Positions 1 through 13,162 are shown, counted from the first letter of the stretch. The stretch: 64,000 nt of DNA from Octopus vulgaris (GCA_951406725.2 OX597831.1:76012001-76076000), one strand, 5' to 3'. The notes: a model not told the origin generated them from the sequence alone. Numbers and translations are program-made.

Positions 1-300
1 AGAATCGGAACCCCACCCCAGCGCCTACCTCCGGCATTAACAAAACAACTTCTAGATTTCTTTTAAATAACACTTCTTTCTAACTGTCAAATGATAATGC
101 AATTGTCTACAATTAACTGTAAATCGAGATTAACCATGTATTATGTAACAAATCGTAAGCAATTATTTTCTTTGTTGTTCGTAAGACGAAATGGAGTGAT
201 GATGTCAAAATTAATTGCATTTAAAAACAAACCAGGATTTCTTGCATAACATAAATTTTGAGACATTCATTAAAAGAAAAGAAAACCGTTTAGAAATGTA

Positions 301-572
301 GGATAAGTCACTCTTGGAAGTTCTTTGATAATAAGTTTACTCAATCCGAATGCCTCTCAAAGAACAACTTAATATAAAAAGAGCTCCCTTAAAGTAGTTA
401 TAGATACACAGCGTTTGGAAATGAATCACTGAGGATAGTCATTATTGGAAAGTCTTTGATAGTAAATTTACTCAATCCATAAAACTTATAACAACTTACT
501 GATTTATATAAGTAAAAATAGCTTCTTGTTCAAAGTGGTTTTAGATACACGACGTTTGCAAATGAATCTGTG
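301..572. repeat. Old degenerate tandem duplication (~135-bp unit x2)
   Basis: ggata..gtca..ttggaa..tctttgata..tttactcaatcc...aaagt.gtt.tagatacac..cgtttg.aaatgaatc occurs at ~301-430 and again at ~433-572. Confidence 0.6.
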
Positions 573-1390
573 GTGATGTTCTCTGGTCAAGCATGAACTC
601 TACTGAGATTTTGCCGTATTCATGCTATTGCCAGGTTAAAAAATTATCTAAATGAAATACAATCGAATCATCCGGTAATCGAAGAATCAATATGTGGGAC
701 TTGGACTGTACAGCTGTTTCGATGAACCTGGTGTTTTGGTCCACATCTGTTCTGACTGAGAAAGCCTTTGATAAAAGACGTTCCAGTGCTGACCATCCTC
801 ATGGCTTCATTTCTAAACATTGTATACCTAGAACTTTATTAACTGGGTGCCCTTTTCATTTATTTTAAGCATAAGACTGTTAATTTTAGTTGCTATATCA
901 AACAGCTTGAGGAACCACATTAGTTCGATGTTTTTACTCGTGGAATCTATGGAGCAAAATCATAAAGATTAAATCTATCATCCATCGTCAATTAGTATTT
1001 TGTTGAGAGACTTAAAGAGCGAGTTTGACTTCAGCGGGATTTGAACGTAAAGCACCAAAGTAATTTTAGTCAATCTTTTATCGATTTTGCTGATCCATTC
1101 CTCTGCTACAGACAGATAATATCAATATCTTACACAGTCACAAAGCTCTCTTCTGTGCCCTAAATTCAGAAGTATTTGATTAACCCGATGATATAGCAGT
1201 AAGCACATGCTCAAGGAAATGTTGTAAAGTAAGATCGAACTCGGAACTATGAGTTGAAAAGCGAGCTTCTTGACCACACAGCCATATCTCTGCACCTGTT
1301 GAAGAAATCTAAAGAGCAAAGATTTAAAAAAACCGCCGGCAGATGAGATTCCACTTCCCTGTTCTTCGATGTTGATGGTTATGATGCAAA

Positions 1391-1714
1391 GGCAGCGAGC
1401 TGGCAGAATCGTTAGCACACCGGGCGAAATGCTTACGGGTATTTCACCTGCCGTTACGTTGTGAGTTCAAATTCCGCCAAGGTCGACTTTGCCTTTCATC
1501 CTTTCAGGGTCGATAAATTAAGTACCAGTTATGCACTGGGGTCGATGTAATCGACTTAATCCCTTTGTCCTTGTTTGTCCCCTCTATATTTAGCCCCTTG
1601 TGGGTAATAAAGAAATAGGTATTTCACCTGCTGTTACGTTGTGAGTTCAAATTCCGCCAAGGTCGACTTTACCTTTCATCCTTTCGGGGTCGATAAATTA
1701 AGTACCAGTTATGC
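1391..1714 (+). mobile_element. SINE family A (A2 subtype ending AATAAAGAAATA) followed by an internal repeat of its core
   Basis: Head GGCAGCGAGCTGGCAGAATCGTTAG, B-box-like GAGTTCAAATTCC, core GCCTTTCATCCTTTCGGGGTCGATAAATTAAGTACCAG; sequence restarts at GGTATTTC at 1618. Confidence 0.85.
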
Positions 1715-2045
1715 TAAGTTACAGGAACCTAAACACGCCAACACTTGTTGACAAGCGCGTTGGTGGGAGACAAGCACAGACATAAACACACACACACACA
1801 CACAGAGGCACACACACACACACACACACAGAGGCACACACACACACACACAGAGGCACACACACACACACACAGACGCACACAGAGGCAAACACACATA
1901 CACGACGGGCTTAATTCAATTTCCGTCTACCAAACCTACTCACAAGTCGTTAGCCGGCCCGAGGTTATAGTAGAAGACAGCTGGAAAAATGTGCCTCGTA
2001 GTGGGACTGAACGCGAGACCATATAGTTAGGAAGAAATCTTCTTA
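1713..2045 (-). mobile_element. SINE family B, diverged partial copy
   Basis: Matches the B consensus (tttccgtctaccaaa..actcacaag..cccgaggttatagtagaagaca..gtgggactgaac) with an internal (CA)n. Confidence 0.75.
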
Positions 2046-2433
2046 TATCACAAAAGCTCTCAAAATTAGAAATTCTTAAGTAAGTATTACCCTTGCCATA
2101 ATTACAATCGCAGTGAAAGACAATTGCCCAATATCAATGTTTTGTATAATATATACAAGAAAACCACCGTAAACCAAATAACTTCAACAAATTCAACGCT
2201 ACAAGAATAAGGGACAACTTAGAACAACGAGCACATCGATCATACACTTCTATCATCAGGTGCCAAACGAAAATCATTATGGTTTCGACACCTGAGCAGT
2301 GCTATTCAGTATGGCCGTATCGGCAGCGTTAGAATCATAAACGCCGCCTGAGGATCAATAGACAAGGTTCAGGAGAGAAACATTAGTATATGTTATTTGC
2401 ACAAAGATCTACTCAATAATAATAATAATAATG

Positions 2434-2468
<35 letters not shown>

Positions 2469-2637
2469 CCTTTCTATTAAAGGCACAAGGCCTGAAATTT
2501 TGGGAGAGGTATTAAGTCAATCACATTGAACCCGGTACTCAACTGGTACTTAACTTATCGACCCCGAAAAAAATGAAAGGCAAAGTCGATCTCGGCGGAA
2601 TTTGACTAAGACCGTAATAATAATAATAATAATGATG

Positions 2638-2702
<65 letters not shown>

Positions 2703-2946
2703 GATGATGATGATTTCAATTATTGGTACAAGGCCAGCTATTTCGCGTAGAGGGTAAGTCGATTACATTGACCCCAGTGCTTGACTGGTACTCATTTTAT
2801 GGACCCCAAAAGCTTGAAAGGTAAAGTAGACCTCAGCAGATTTTGAACTTAAAGCCAAAAGACAGACGAAATACCGCTAAGCATTTTCCCCGGCGTTCTT
2901 ACGATTTTGTCAGCTTGCCGTCTTAATAATAATAATAATAATAATG

Positions 2947-3041
<95 letters not shown>

Positions 3042-3200
3042 CTTTTCGACTATGGGCACACGGCCTGAAATTGTGGGGGAGGGGACTAGTCGATTAGATC
3101 AACCCCAGTGTTTCACTGGTACTAAGTTTATCGACCCCCAACAGAATGGAAGGCAATGTTGAACTCAGAACGTAGCGACAGGTGAAATACCGATGAACAT
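2469..3200 (-). mobile_element. Three SINE A copies (~2469-2613, ~2715-2923, ~3042-3200), each embedded in (AAT)n
   Basis: Reverse complement of the A core (actggtac..ttatcgacccc..aaggcaaagtcgacctcggcggaattt) three times, separated by AAT arrays. Confidence 0.8.
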
Positions 3201-3262
<62 letters not shown>

Positions 3263-4350
3263 CGGCAAAACACGAGCAAAACAAAATATTGTTCTCAGTA
3301 TTTAAGGAAGCTGACAAATACAAACAAGAAATCATACCACCTAACAAATATGAAGAAGAAGAAGAAGAAGAAGAAGAAGAAGAAGAAGAAGAAGAAGAAG
3401 AAGAAGAAGAAGAAAACACAACAAAAGCTATAAAGCAAATGAAATCAAAACTAAAACTAGAACAGCAACGGACCATGATAAAACGATGGCAAGAAAAGCC
3501 CCTTCATGGCAAGTACTGGACTAAACTAAATGCAAAAGAAATAGACAAAGAAAAATCCTGGCAGTGGTTGAGAAGCTCAGGACTCAAAGCAGAGACAGAG
3601 GGTTTTTTAATTGCAGCACAAGACCAAAGCCTCCCCCGTTCCGGGAATTACCAAAAACATGTAATGAAAAGAAATATAACAAGTAACTGCAGAATATGTG
3701 GAGATGGACAAGAAACAATAAATCATATTATCTCTGGCTGCCCAGTCCTGGCTAAGAAGGAATATATTCACAGACACGACAGAGTTGGGACCTACATACA
3801 CTGGAAGCTATGCCAACATTATGGAATAACAACAGAAAAAGATGGTATAGGCACACACCAGAAAAGGTAACAGAAAACGAGAAAGCAACCATACTCTGGG
3901 ATATGCCAATACACACAGACAGAGAAATTAAGGCCAACAGACTAGATATAGTTGTCAGAGATCATAAAGAAAAAATGCTTTCTAATTGATGCATCAATAC
4001 CAGCGGATGACAACGTGTCTCTAAAAGAAATGGAGAAACTTTCAAAACACAAAGACCTGGAAATAGAGGTAACTAGAATGTGGAATCTAAAAACAGAAAC
4101 AATCCCTATCATAGTAGGTGCATTAGGCATGATAAAAAAATATTCAGACAAATACATAACAAAAACACCAGGACTTACAAACACATAACATACAGAAAAT
4201 TGCACTACTAGGCACTGCACAGATCCTACGCAAAGCACTTTCAATACAGTAACCATCATAGCATCACAACAAACCACAGCACATACCCAAGGCACACAGA
4301 GATGCACTCGGTAGTGAAGTGAAAGCACACCATAAAAACATAACTACTAA
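3263..4350 (+). mobile_element. 5'-truncated R4/Dong-clade non-LTR retrotransposon (CCHC knuckle + restriction-like endonuclease), copy 1, frameshifted
   Basis: ORFs 3289-3870 and 3952-4188: LHGKY, AAQDQ, CRICGDGQETINHIISGC, HRHD, ILWD, IDASIP, K.SKHKDL, PIIVGALG, GTAQILRK; (AAT)n on both sides. Confidence 0.88.
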
Positions 4351-4388
4351 ATGATAATAATAATAACAATAATAACGATAATAATAAC

Positions 4389-4456
<68 letters not shown>

Positions 4457-4943
4457 GTACATTGTTTTGTCTTGGTATAAAAGATGGGCTACAGCAAATA
4501 TTCTGCTCAGTACCACAGATTTGCTTGTTAGTTGTTTGACCATAACCAGTTGAGCATGTCCCTTAGTGGCTGACGACATGTGCATCTCTGATCCCGAGCA
4601 GAAGTAGTGGTGGAGCATCATAGCCATGTGTTGAGAGGGATTCTTTGGGGTTTGAATAATTCACCTCTGGAAACATGGGTGGTTCTTTCAACATCCTTAA
4701 ACAACCCTTATTCAGGGACCTTTTGAGCGGGATGGGCTACTCAACCTGAAGAAATTTCTAACTGGGCCCTACCTGCAAGGTCATGTGCTGTTTACCTTGA
4801 TATGAGATCACCATGTCGCGAACATATGGTTGTGATGCATGTGCCTGGTGTACCCTTATCAGACGGGTAGTCATGATGGGTATATTGGGCTTCGTATATT
4901 TTACCCCAGCGTCACTTTGATGGCATGAACTGCTCTCTCACTC
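4457..4943 (+). mobile_element. Element D (non-coding, AAT-flanked), 5'-truncated copy
   Basis: Near-identical to 43540-44071 and 44561-45107; ends ...TGCTCTCTCACTC|AATAAT. Confidence 0.85.
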
Positions 4944-4975
<32 letters not shown>

Positions 4976-4977
<2 letters not shown>

Positions 4978-5400
4978 TTCTTTTACAACAGGGGTGCTTT
5001 TACAAGGAGAATATTCGATTTGTGTAGAGGTTTATATAAAAGCTGAAGAAAGAAAGGGAGAAGATGGGGGAGAAAATGAGATGAAAGTATAATGTAGAAA
5101 ATACATGAACCATGTAGTCTTCACGGTAGAGAAGAACCGCCAGCTGGAGCCAGTCAAGGAACTCTTACCAGATCCTGGTTAACCCTGATCATCAAGGACA
5201 CAATCCTTCGCTCAATTGCTGTTCTCTCATCTACAGCGCACACATAGAATTGGTCCATTCACTCAAACCACTTTTGCTAGAATCCCCCACTTATTGACAT
5301 ATTTGCTATGGGAGAGTAACTTCCTGTCCACACTCACTTTCTTATTCTTTTTCTTAAGCCCTTCATTCCCTATGGAGTATGGGTCATCGATGTCTTTTCT
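4976..5400 (-). mobile_element. Probable 3' end of a degenerate Tx1/L1-like LINE
   Basis: Minus strand reads KKVSVDRKLLSHSKYVNKWGILAKVV*VNGPIL, then a pyrimidine-rich UTR ending AGCACCCCTGTTGTAAAAGAAAT; family assignment is from recollection of Tx1-like C-termini. Confidence 0.4.
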
Positions 5401-5499
5401 CAACTTGGCCTTGTAGCTACCTTTCACATCTTGCAGTACAGCAAGGCCTTCCTCTCCATGGTCCTGTTGGTTTTGAGTTGTCGTTGATGCTCCTGTAAA

Positions 5500-5630
5500 G
5501 GAAGAAGTGGGCCATATTAGTCTGGACTCTAATCTTTGACCTGTCCAGCTTGAGAGGCCCTACAAGGAGCTTGAGTTCCACTGGCATAGCTCTCGGGGTC
5601 ACTGAGACACCCAAGCCAACCCCACCTCCC
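5500..5630 (-). mobile_element. Possible RTE/Expander-type 5' UTR remnant
   Basis: Minus strand GTGTCTCAGTGACCCCGAGAGCTATGCCAGTGG..CTCCTTGTAGGGCCTCTCAAGCTGGACAGGTC..CCAGAC resembles RTE 5' leaders. Confidence 0.3.
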
Positions 5631-6780
5631 ACTGCATAAAGGACTAGATCACGTGATGGGTGGTCACTTTCCTATTACAAAATAAATAATAGATGCCGAA
5701 ATGTAATTAAATAAACTAACAAAACACAATATGTATCATGTACGTTTATAAGTATTTTCTTAGAGCAGGGTGGAGCTGCGGCAAGTACTTGTCCTTATCA
5801 AACTATTCGTCAGAAGAGAACTACTTTGGCTTGATATATAAATAATGTGCATCAAAAATGGTAGGTTGGCGATGCACGGTAACAAGAGAGTGTTGGAAAA
5901 GTGTTAAAATGAGGCAATAGTTAAAAAAAACTTTGAGAAGCACTCTTATTAGAAGCTTGCTCGTGCAGTCCTTGTGCTTGGAATCTACCAAAGAAGGTAA
6001 TTAAAAAAAAAAATTACCACAAATTTGTTTGGAGAGTAACTCTTCGTTATCAATTATTTCAAGTACGATTATAATGAGCTTTTCTTTATCAAAAGCTTAA
6101 ATGTAGATCTTGACGTTGCTGTTACTTTCTTTCTTTGGTTCTGGAAATATTGCTAATGTTGTCCCTTTATTCGCCTACAAAATGAATAAATAAATAAATA
6201 CATAAACTAAAGTGTAAGTTAGGGTGATTCATTTGTACCCAGCTTGCTTCGACACAATTCTTTTTTCTTTTGTCCCGAATTGATTGTCAGACGGAATATT
6301 TTAATGTAGAGGGTTTCATAATGAGAGAACGACAGACCATCGCAGCGATGATGAAGTAAAAAATGACAAATCAACAACAACAACTACAACAATAATTGTA
6401 CATGCTTTTTTAACCAATCGGCATTGTTAAATAACCATATGGTGCATTCGATAGATTTATTTTATTCTGGTGAACCGTTGAATGGGCGGGATGTGATAAA
6501 GGATATTTTTGTGGCTGCGAAGATAGATTCTATCAGATTAAATCGAAGTGCTAAGTATAATAATGATAATAATAACAGCGAAGGGTTAGGCTGGAAGTAC
6601 TCCATCAAAACTCTGCGGAGGATGATTCGCGAGAAATTGAGAATAATGTCAAAATAAAGAAATATAATATATACCAAAGACACTTTCCATTCATGCTGTC
6701 CGTCTGTGTGAAAGGAAAAAGAAAAACTGACCAGAGGGAAGTGTGTTCCGTTTATTAAAGCCACTAATATTTCTGTGGGT

Positions 6781-7070
<290 letters not shown>

Positions 7071-7295
7071 CAGCAGCAACGACACCAACAGCACGAATTA
7101 ATGGACTCGTTAGTGTTGGACAGAATAACATTCTCTGTTTTTCGCGGCTCTTTAATTTCTGAATTCATTTTCTGCCCTCCAGGGTCGATAAAATAAACTA
7201 CCACTCAAATACTAGTGTCGTAAAATTATTTATATTGCAAGATGGCTGCTTTAAAATGACTAGCAGAGGTGCTCATCATGGTCGTGGTTTATATC

Positions 7296-8496
7296 ATCCA
7301 TAAACTATTAACTGAGCATTCCAAAATATTTCGACAGTTGCACGTGTACAGTACAGGACACGAAATGAAATGAAAAGGAAAATGATTTATCATGAGAAAC
7401 ATTTGCTAAAGGTAAAAAGATAGCAACTTGATTTGAAATAAAAAGCAGGGGATTGGAGGATGTACATTACAAAAGCCAGTACTTCTTTGCCCGATGAATT
7501 TACCAAGGAAATGGCAAAAAGGAAGATGACTTAGCTCTGGTTTTCAGACTGAAAGTTTTGCCATGTTGATTCGAAGGAAGAACCAGAAGTCGTGGCAGAT
7601 GAGTGGTAGAAGGTTAGTTGCATCAACTAAGATAGGGTATATGGAAATATGGCTCGCAGAACATGAGCATCACATGCATTTCCAGCATAGATGTTGCAGC
7701 ATAAGGGAATAGGAAATATATGGATATTGCTCAGAGACATTGATAAGAATTTTGCAAGAAAATAGTAAATGCAAAGGTGATAAAGTATATGGTCGGGTGA
7801 GATTATCATATCACACATCAACCAATATTTCAAACTATTTTCTCGAGGAAATATAGAAAACCTTTCGTTTGAAAAGCAGAATTAGGTAATATTCTTTGAT
7901 AAGCACGTCAGGCAAAGAAGCACTAGCGTTTGTGTCACTATAATGACACACGGCTATTCTTGAACTGTGTCAATCTTTAGAAATAAAAAGAAAGAAAGTT
8001 GGTTAATTTTGTCTATGCATCTGCATATGTATGTACATAACTCAGCGAGATATCTTTTTAGGAAGTGTTGTAGTTACTCATGCAATCAAGTTTGCTTTAT
8101 CCACACCAATGATGTTTATCAAAGAGTGAAACCGACAACTTGGACAAATGCAGCTTGGTATCTGTGTCGTCGCTGGCGTTGGTGTCAGAACGCAAAAAGT
8201 TAGAATTTTTTAATATCCATAAACTATTAATTGAAGGTGCAAAAATATTTAGGTAATTAAATATACAGATGTACAGTGCAGGACGCAAAGCAAATTGGAC
8301 AGATAAATAATTTATTATGGAAAATAATTACTAAAGATGCTCCCAGTCTAATGGCTACAGTCTAATGTCTAAAACAAGATAAGAAAAAAGGAACAAATGT
8401 AGGGAAATAAGGGAGCTATTTAATTTGAGTCAACCAAAGAAAAAGAAAAACAGAAAGGTGGAATTATATCACAGAAGCAAGTACTTCTTTGCCCGA
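7296..8496 (+). mobile_element. Old direct duplication (~7296-7494 and ~8215-8496) around a possible degenerate Tc1/mariner transposase remnant
   Basis: Shared ATCCATAAACTATTA, TGTACAGT.CAGGAC and AGTACTTCTTTGCCCGA; intervening sequence has weak MHFQH and RRWRWC-like transposase traces. Confidence 0.4.
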
Positions 8497-9270
8497 AGGT
8501 CGGTTAAGCCATCTGCAGTGCCTTTCCAGACCTTCTTACTGTTTTGTCTCTCCACCGTCCTAAGTTCATAATCTTTTATCGGCTTCCAAAGGATTAATGG
8601 TAAATTTGCCTTCGACAGGATTTGGACTCAGAGCTGGGGGCAAAAATTTAAACCACAAGTAAATTGTTGTTGCTGTTTAACCCTAGGCGAAATCTTATCG
8701 ATCATCTCATATGATCAAAGACATTCCAGTCTTGACCATTCTGTATTGCTTTTAGACGTAATCTAGCTTGGAGTACTTATATCTAGTATAGTTTTCGACA
8801 CACTACGAGCATCTATTTAAAATGGGAATGTGTGTGTGTGTTTGAGCGCAATTTGGCAGCTATTTCTAGCTGGTCGAGTGACACGTTGATTCTTATCTTG
8901 TGTTTTGGTGGTGTTGTTCAGCTCCAAGTAAATCCTACAGTCAAACATTCCACACATGGCTATTTCATTTTTTGTTCCTTTTCAAACAAACTTTTGTTAT
9001 ATGCAAGAAATCCAGAATGATATTTCCAGTGTCTTTTTCTAAGACAGGTTTGTATGGCCTGAGGGAGGTTTGGTTATTATTTCAAGCAAGTCGATGGACC
9101 ATAAAGAAGTTTCCTCGTTGGAAAAATCAATGTCATGGGCACACAACTCCTTGGGCATTTTAAACATAGCGGAGTCCGATCCTCTCCGGGACCTAGTATA
9201 TATAAATATATATTAGCTCTGAGTGTTTTCAGGGTCCTCCATGCTAGCCGTCTGCGTGTTGTTATCTTAA

Positions 9271-9802
9271 CCCATTAACTGCCAAATTTTTAAAATCATA
9301 CTTTTTGGCTTTGCCAGGTGTCTTAGGAGTTAAAATAATATATAGTATTTAAATTTTCTTCATATGTGAATTATTTTGGAAATTGTGATTAATTTTTCGA
9401 AAAGTCCCAAATGGGGGATCGCAAAAAAAAACAACAAAAAAGCATATTTATCCTTTTCTATTTAATTGCGATAATAAACATTTTAGCCTTTTTGAAACTA
9501 TAACATCAAAAGCATATGTGTATGAAATATCAATTAATAATATAATAAATGGGGAATGCAAAAACAAAAAACGTTTTCAAAACAGTCAATATTTTTGTAG
9601 TTCAAAAATAGCGATTTATGACATAAAAATGTCCTCCAGAATTAGCCAGAGCCAATAATGACAAGCTTTAATTACTAAATATTGTTCAACACATCTCTGC
9701 AAATGAAATGTTCATAAGCAAATACACTTTAAATACAACGAAGAACCGGCAGTGAGGCTATTTTTAGCAGATCCCCAAATGGGGTTCTTGGCAGGCAATA
9801 GG
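9271..9802. mobile_element. piggyBac-like non-autonomous element (MITE)
   Basis: TTAA at 9267-9270 and 9803-9806; imperfect TIRs CCCATTAACTGCCAA / TTGGCAGGCAATAGG (CCY...RGG termini); internal CCCAAATGGGG twice. Confidence 0.7.
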
Positions 9803-10469
9803 TTAACAAGGATAATATACACAGGAAACTATACGGTGAGAGCCTAACTATTTCTGTCTTTCCTGCCCTGACTTTTGTGTGTCCACCAGGTTAACCCCGA
9901 CTGGTTAGACATATAGTATGTATATGATCGGTAGAGCGACTCGACTCAATCTACAGATCTATTGTTTCAGATATGCCTTGCAGTGAGGTGAGGGCCTTAC
10001 TGCATTCATTTTTTTTAGGAAGTAGTGACTCAAAAGGGAGTATAGAACGACTGCTTGGACAACATAGTCTCTCCCTCTCTCCCTCTCTCTATGCTGTTCA
10101 GTCGGTTTTTCTCCTCCTGTCGATTCCATTGGTAGTCATGGAGTAGACGTGAGCCGGTGGTCGTGGTGCAACAGTCGTTGATCCCCTACACTTTTTGTTG
10201 GGGCTGCCGTGGATCCCAGTTCAACAACTCAGCAGCTTCATTAGTGTCTTGATGAAAGAGAAATTTCTGTGTGGGTCATATTTTACAGGATTGCGACACG
10301 TCCTTACACGTGAATAAGTCGCAACCCTAATTAAGAGTTAAATCTTGATACATTTTCCCCCTTTTACAGTTTTAGCTTCACCGCGGGTTTATATATCATA
10401 CGCCAATTTTTCAGATAAAACCAAGTTACAAACAGAACGGTTTATACACAAGTAAATGCGAAATCTTTT

Positions 10470-10980
10470 CTTTTTTACTCGTTTCAGTCACTAGACTGTG
10501 GCCAGGCTGGGGCACCGACTCAAAGAGCTTTTAGTCGACCCCTGTACTTTAAAAAAAAAAAAAACCTGATACTTATACTATCGGTCACTTTTTGTCGGTC
10601 CGCTAATGTTACGGGGACATGAACAAATCAGCACCGGTTGTGAACCGGTGGGGGAGATACAAGCACAGACACACACACAGACTCATACACACACACGACG
10701 AGTTTCAGGCCCAAGGCTGTAGTAGAATTGAACCCGGACCTATGTGTATAGGAAGCAAACGTTTTACCACATGGCCATACCTGCACCTAATGCGCATTAA
10801 TATTTCTTCGTTATTTTCTCGTATGTCTTTACGTTCTGAGTTCAAATTCCACCGAGGTCGACTTTGCCTTTCATCCTTTCGGAGTCGTTAAATTAAGTAC
10901 CAGTTGTGTACTAGTGTCGATCTAATCGTCTGGCCTCTTCCCCCAAAATTTCCGGCCTTGTGCCTAGAGTAGAAGAGAAT
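10470..10980. mobile_element. SINE B (minus, ~10470-10788) and SINE A (plus, ~10825-10980)
   Basis: B tail motif ttttactcgtttcagtca..gactgtggccaggctggggcacc; A core ttctgagttcaaattccaccgaggtcgactttgcctttcatcc. Confidence 0.75.
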
Positions 10981-11262
10981 ATTTCTTCTTAATTTTCTCG
11001 CATCCTTCGGAACTTCTTACTAAGTAACAAACACATTGTTAATTAATTTTTTCTTAAATATTTTCCCTATTTTTTGTTGTATTTTTCTCCATTATCCCAC
11101 AATATTTTCATTACTTGTCCGTAATCCTCCGCATGGATTTTTACGTACTTAGCTGTTTTTCGCGAGAATTCATTCACGTTCATATCTTATTACGTGAAGG
11201 ACCAGTGTGTGTCACATAACAAGGAAATCTTGACGTTTTAACACAAGAAAATTAACTACTGC

Positions 11263-11510
11263 CTGAGAGACTTGCATGGTGTGGATGTGGCTTTCTTTAA
11301 AACTAAACTGGATCTCTTCTTATCGGGGGTCCCAGATGAACCTACCTCACGACAGGAGACACAGATGCGGGCAGCGGCATCGAACTACCTTGTTGACCAA
11401 GTGCCACGTATCAGAGGTGGATTCACATATTAGTGTAGATCATTCAGCGGTCGTGCCCCAGCAAGGCCGCGGCCTTCGGGCTAAAACACTTTTAAGGATT
11501 TAAGGATTTT
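11263..11510 (+). mobile_element. 3' end of a CR1-group LINE (ORF2 C-terminus, 3' UTR and tail)
   Basis: 11263-11433 reads LRDLHGVDVAFFKTKLDLFLSGVPDEP..AAASNYLVDQ..*, then GTGCCCCAGCAAGGCCGCGGCCTTCGGGCTAAAACA and a (TTTAAGGA) tail; a second tail-only copy at ~12243-12299. Confidence 0.65.
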
Positions 11511-11907
11511 CTATTCTATGCACATGTGGTTTTTACATTTCAGAGGAACAAGTCAGGTGGATGGTTTTATAATGATGTTGTAGGCAAAGACATGACTAAG
11601 TGGCTAAAAAGTTCGCTTCGTAACTACGTGGTTTTGAGTTTAGTCCCACGACAGGGAATCTTGAACAAGTGTCTTCTGCTATGGCTCAGAGCCGACCACT
11701 AAGTTGTGAATGAATTTGGAGAACGGAAACTACGAAAGTCCGTCCTACATATATATTTTCGTGTGAGCATCGAGTTTTTGTTTGTTTTCCATCTCATATA
11801 TATATATACATATATATATATATACACACACATATATATGTTCCATGTACTCGTGCTTCGTACTTTTTTGTTGTACTCGTTTCATGACGTCCTGTGCCCA
11901 CATATGC

Positions 11908-11983
<76 letters not shown>

Positions 11984-12029
11984 GTATAGATGTATGTACA
12001 TATATGTAGGTATGTGACCTCATGTGGCG

Positions 12030-12205
12030 ATTTTTTTTCCTCTGTCTTCCCTTCTCTGGATCTTTCCATCTCCTATGTTTCCGACGAAGAGCTCCGCTCG
12101 AAACATTAAACCCTCCTTCTTTCCTTCTTTCCTGAGCGTCCAATAATACTTTATTTGTTCCACGTCCTCGAGTTGTTGTGTTTTTTTGTGTTTTCTTGTT
12201 TGGAT

Positions 12206-12210
<5 letters not shown>
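12030..12210 (+). mobile_element. Penelope pLTR-like segment with minimal hammerhead motif (12077-12111), ending in (TA)n
   Basis: GTTT-CCGACGA-A-GAGC.TCC.GCTC-GAAAC-ATT-AAAC; downstream TGAGCGTCCAATAA..CCACGTCCT..TTTGGATT shared with ~54540-54700 and ~58670-58770. Confidence 0.55.
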
Positions 12211-12247
<37 letters not shown>

Positions 12248-12514
12248 CTCCAGCATGGCCGCAGCCTTCGAGCTGAAACATTTTAAAGGATTTTAAGGGT
12301 ATATATATATATATATATACAATGTAGTACGTGTGTATATAAGTTCATATATATATAATGTTTCTTCGGTTGCAATTTTTGTGGTGATCGTTGAAAAGCA
12401 AATAAACATCGTTATAAATACATTTTTCTTTTTAAAGACTTGAATGATATCTTGAAACCGCGAACCGCATCACCACCACCGCCACCACCGCCACAACCAA
12501 TAATAATAATAATG

Positions 12515-12572
<58 letters not shown>

Positions 12573-13162
12573 TAATAGTCTCACGCTGTTTGTTTTTTTT
12601 TTTCCTGTTTTGCAAAACCTACTTAAAGAAATTTCCACAAATATTTACAAACTAATCTCAATAAAGCACACACAGACATACATATACACACTTATATATA
12701 CATACATGTATTCAAAGAACTGTTACATAAACCTTTACTTACATACATTGGCAATCACATACATAAATATACGCACAATTGTAGAAAATTTCGCCAAGCT
12801 TCAAACAGTGTTGCGTGGGGTGGGCACTGGTGGGAGAGAAAAGCTCGATCGTTTTAAGATAACTTTTATTTCCACAATGTCTTGTTCCTGTAAGCAAGCA
12901 GTTGACAATTCCAGGGGAGCCAAAACAAGCCTATTCAGAATATATATTCTACAATGACTAATTATCCATTGTGGACATGTTTTAATGCTGTCATGAGGTT
13001 TTTAGACAAACTATTGTGAAGACAATTGATCGGAGAAGAGAAGAGAGGCAAATAACCTTCCGAAAAACACAAAAAGACCTCCATGACAACATCACCCCCT
13101 GTTTACCCACCCTTGCTCCTTCCATCCTTCTGGCTCGAAATTAATGATGGATGACTCTGATG

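Noticed and set aside
5766-5946. hAT-like end TTTGAGAAGCACT
   Set aside because: No matching left TIR or TSD found.
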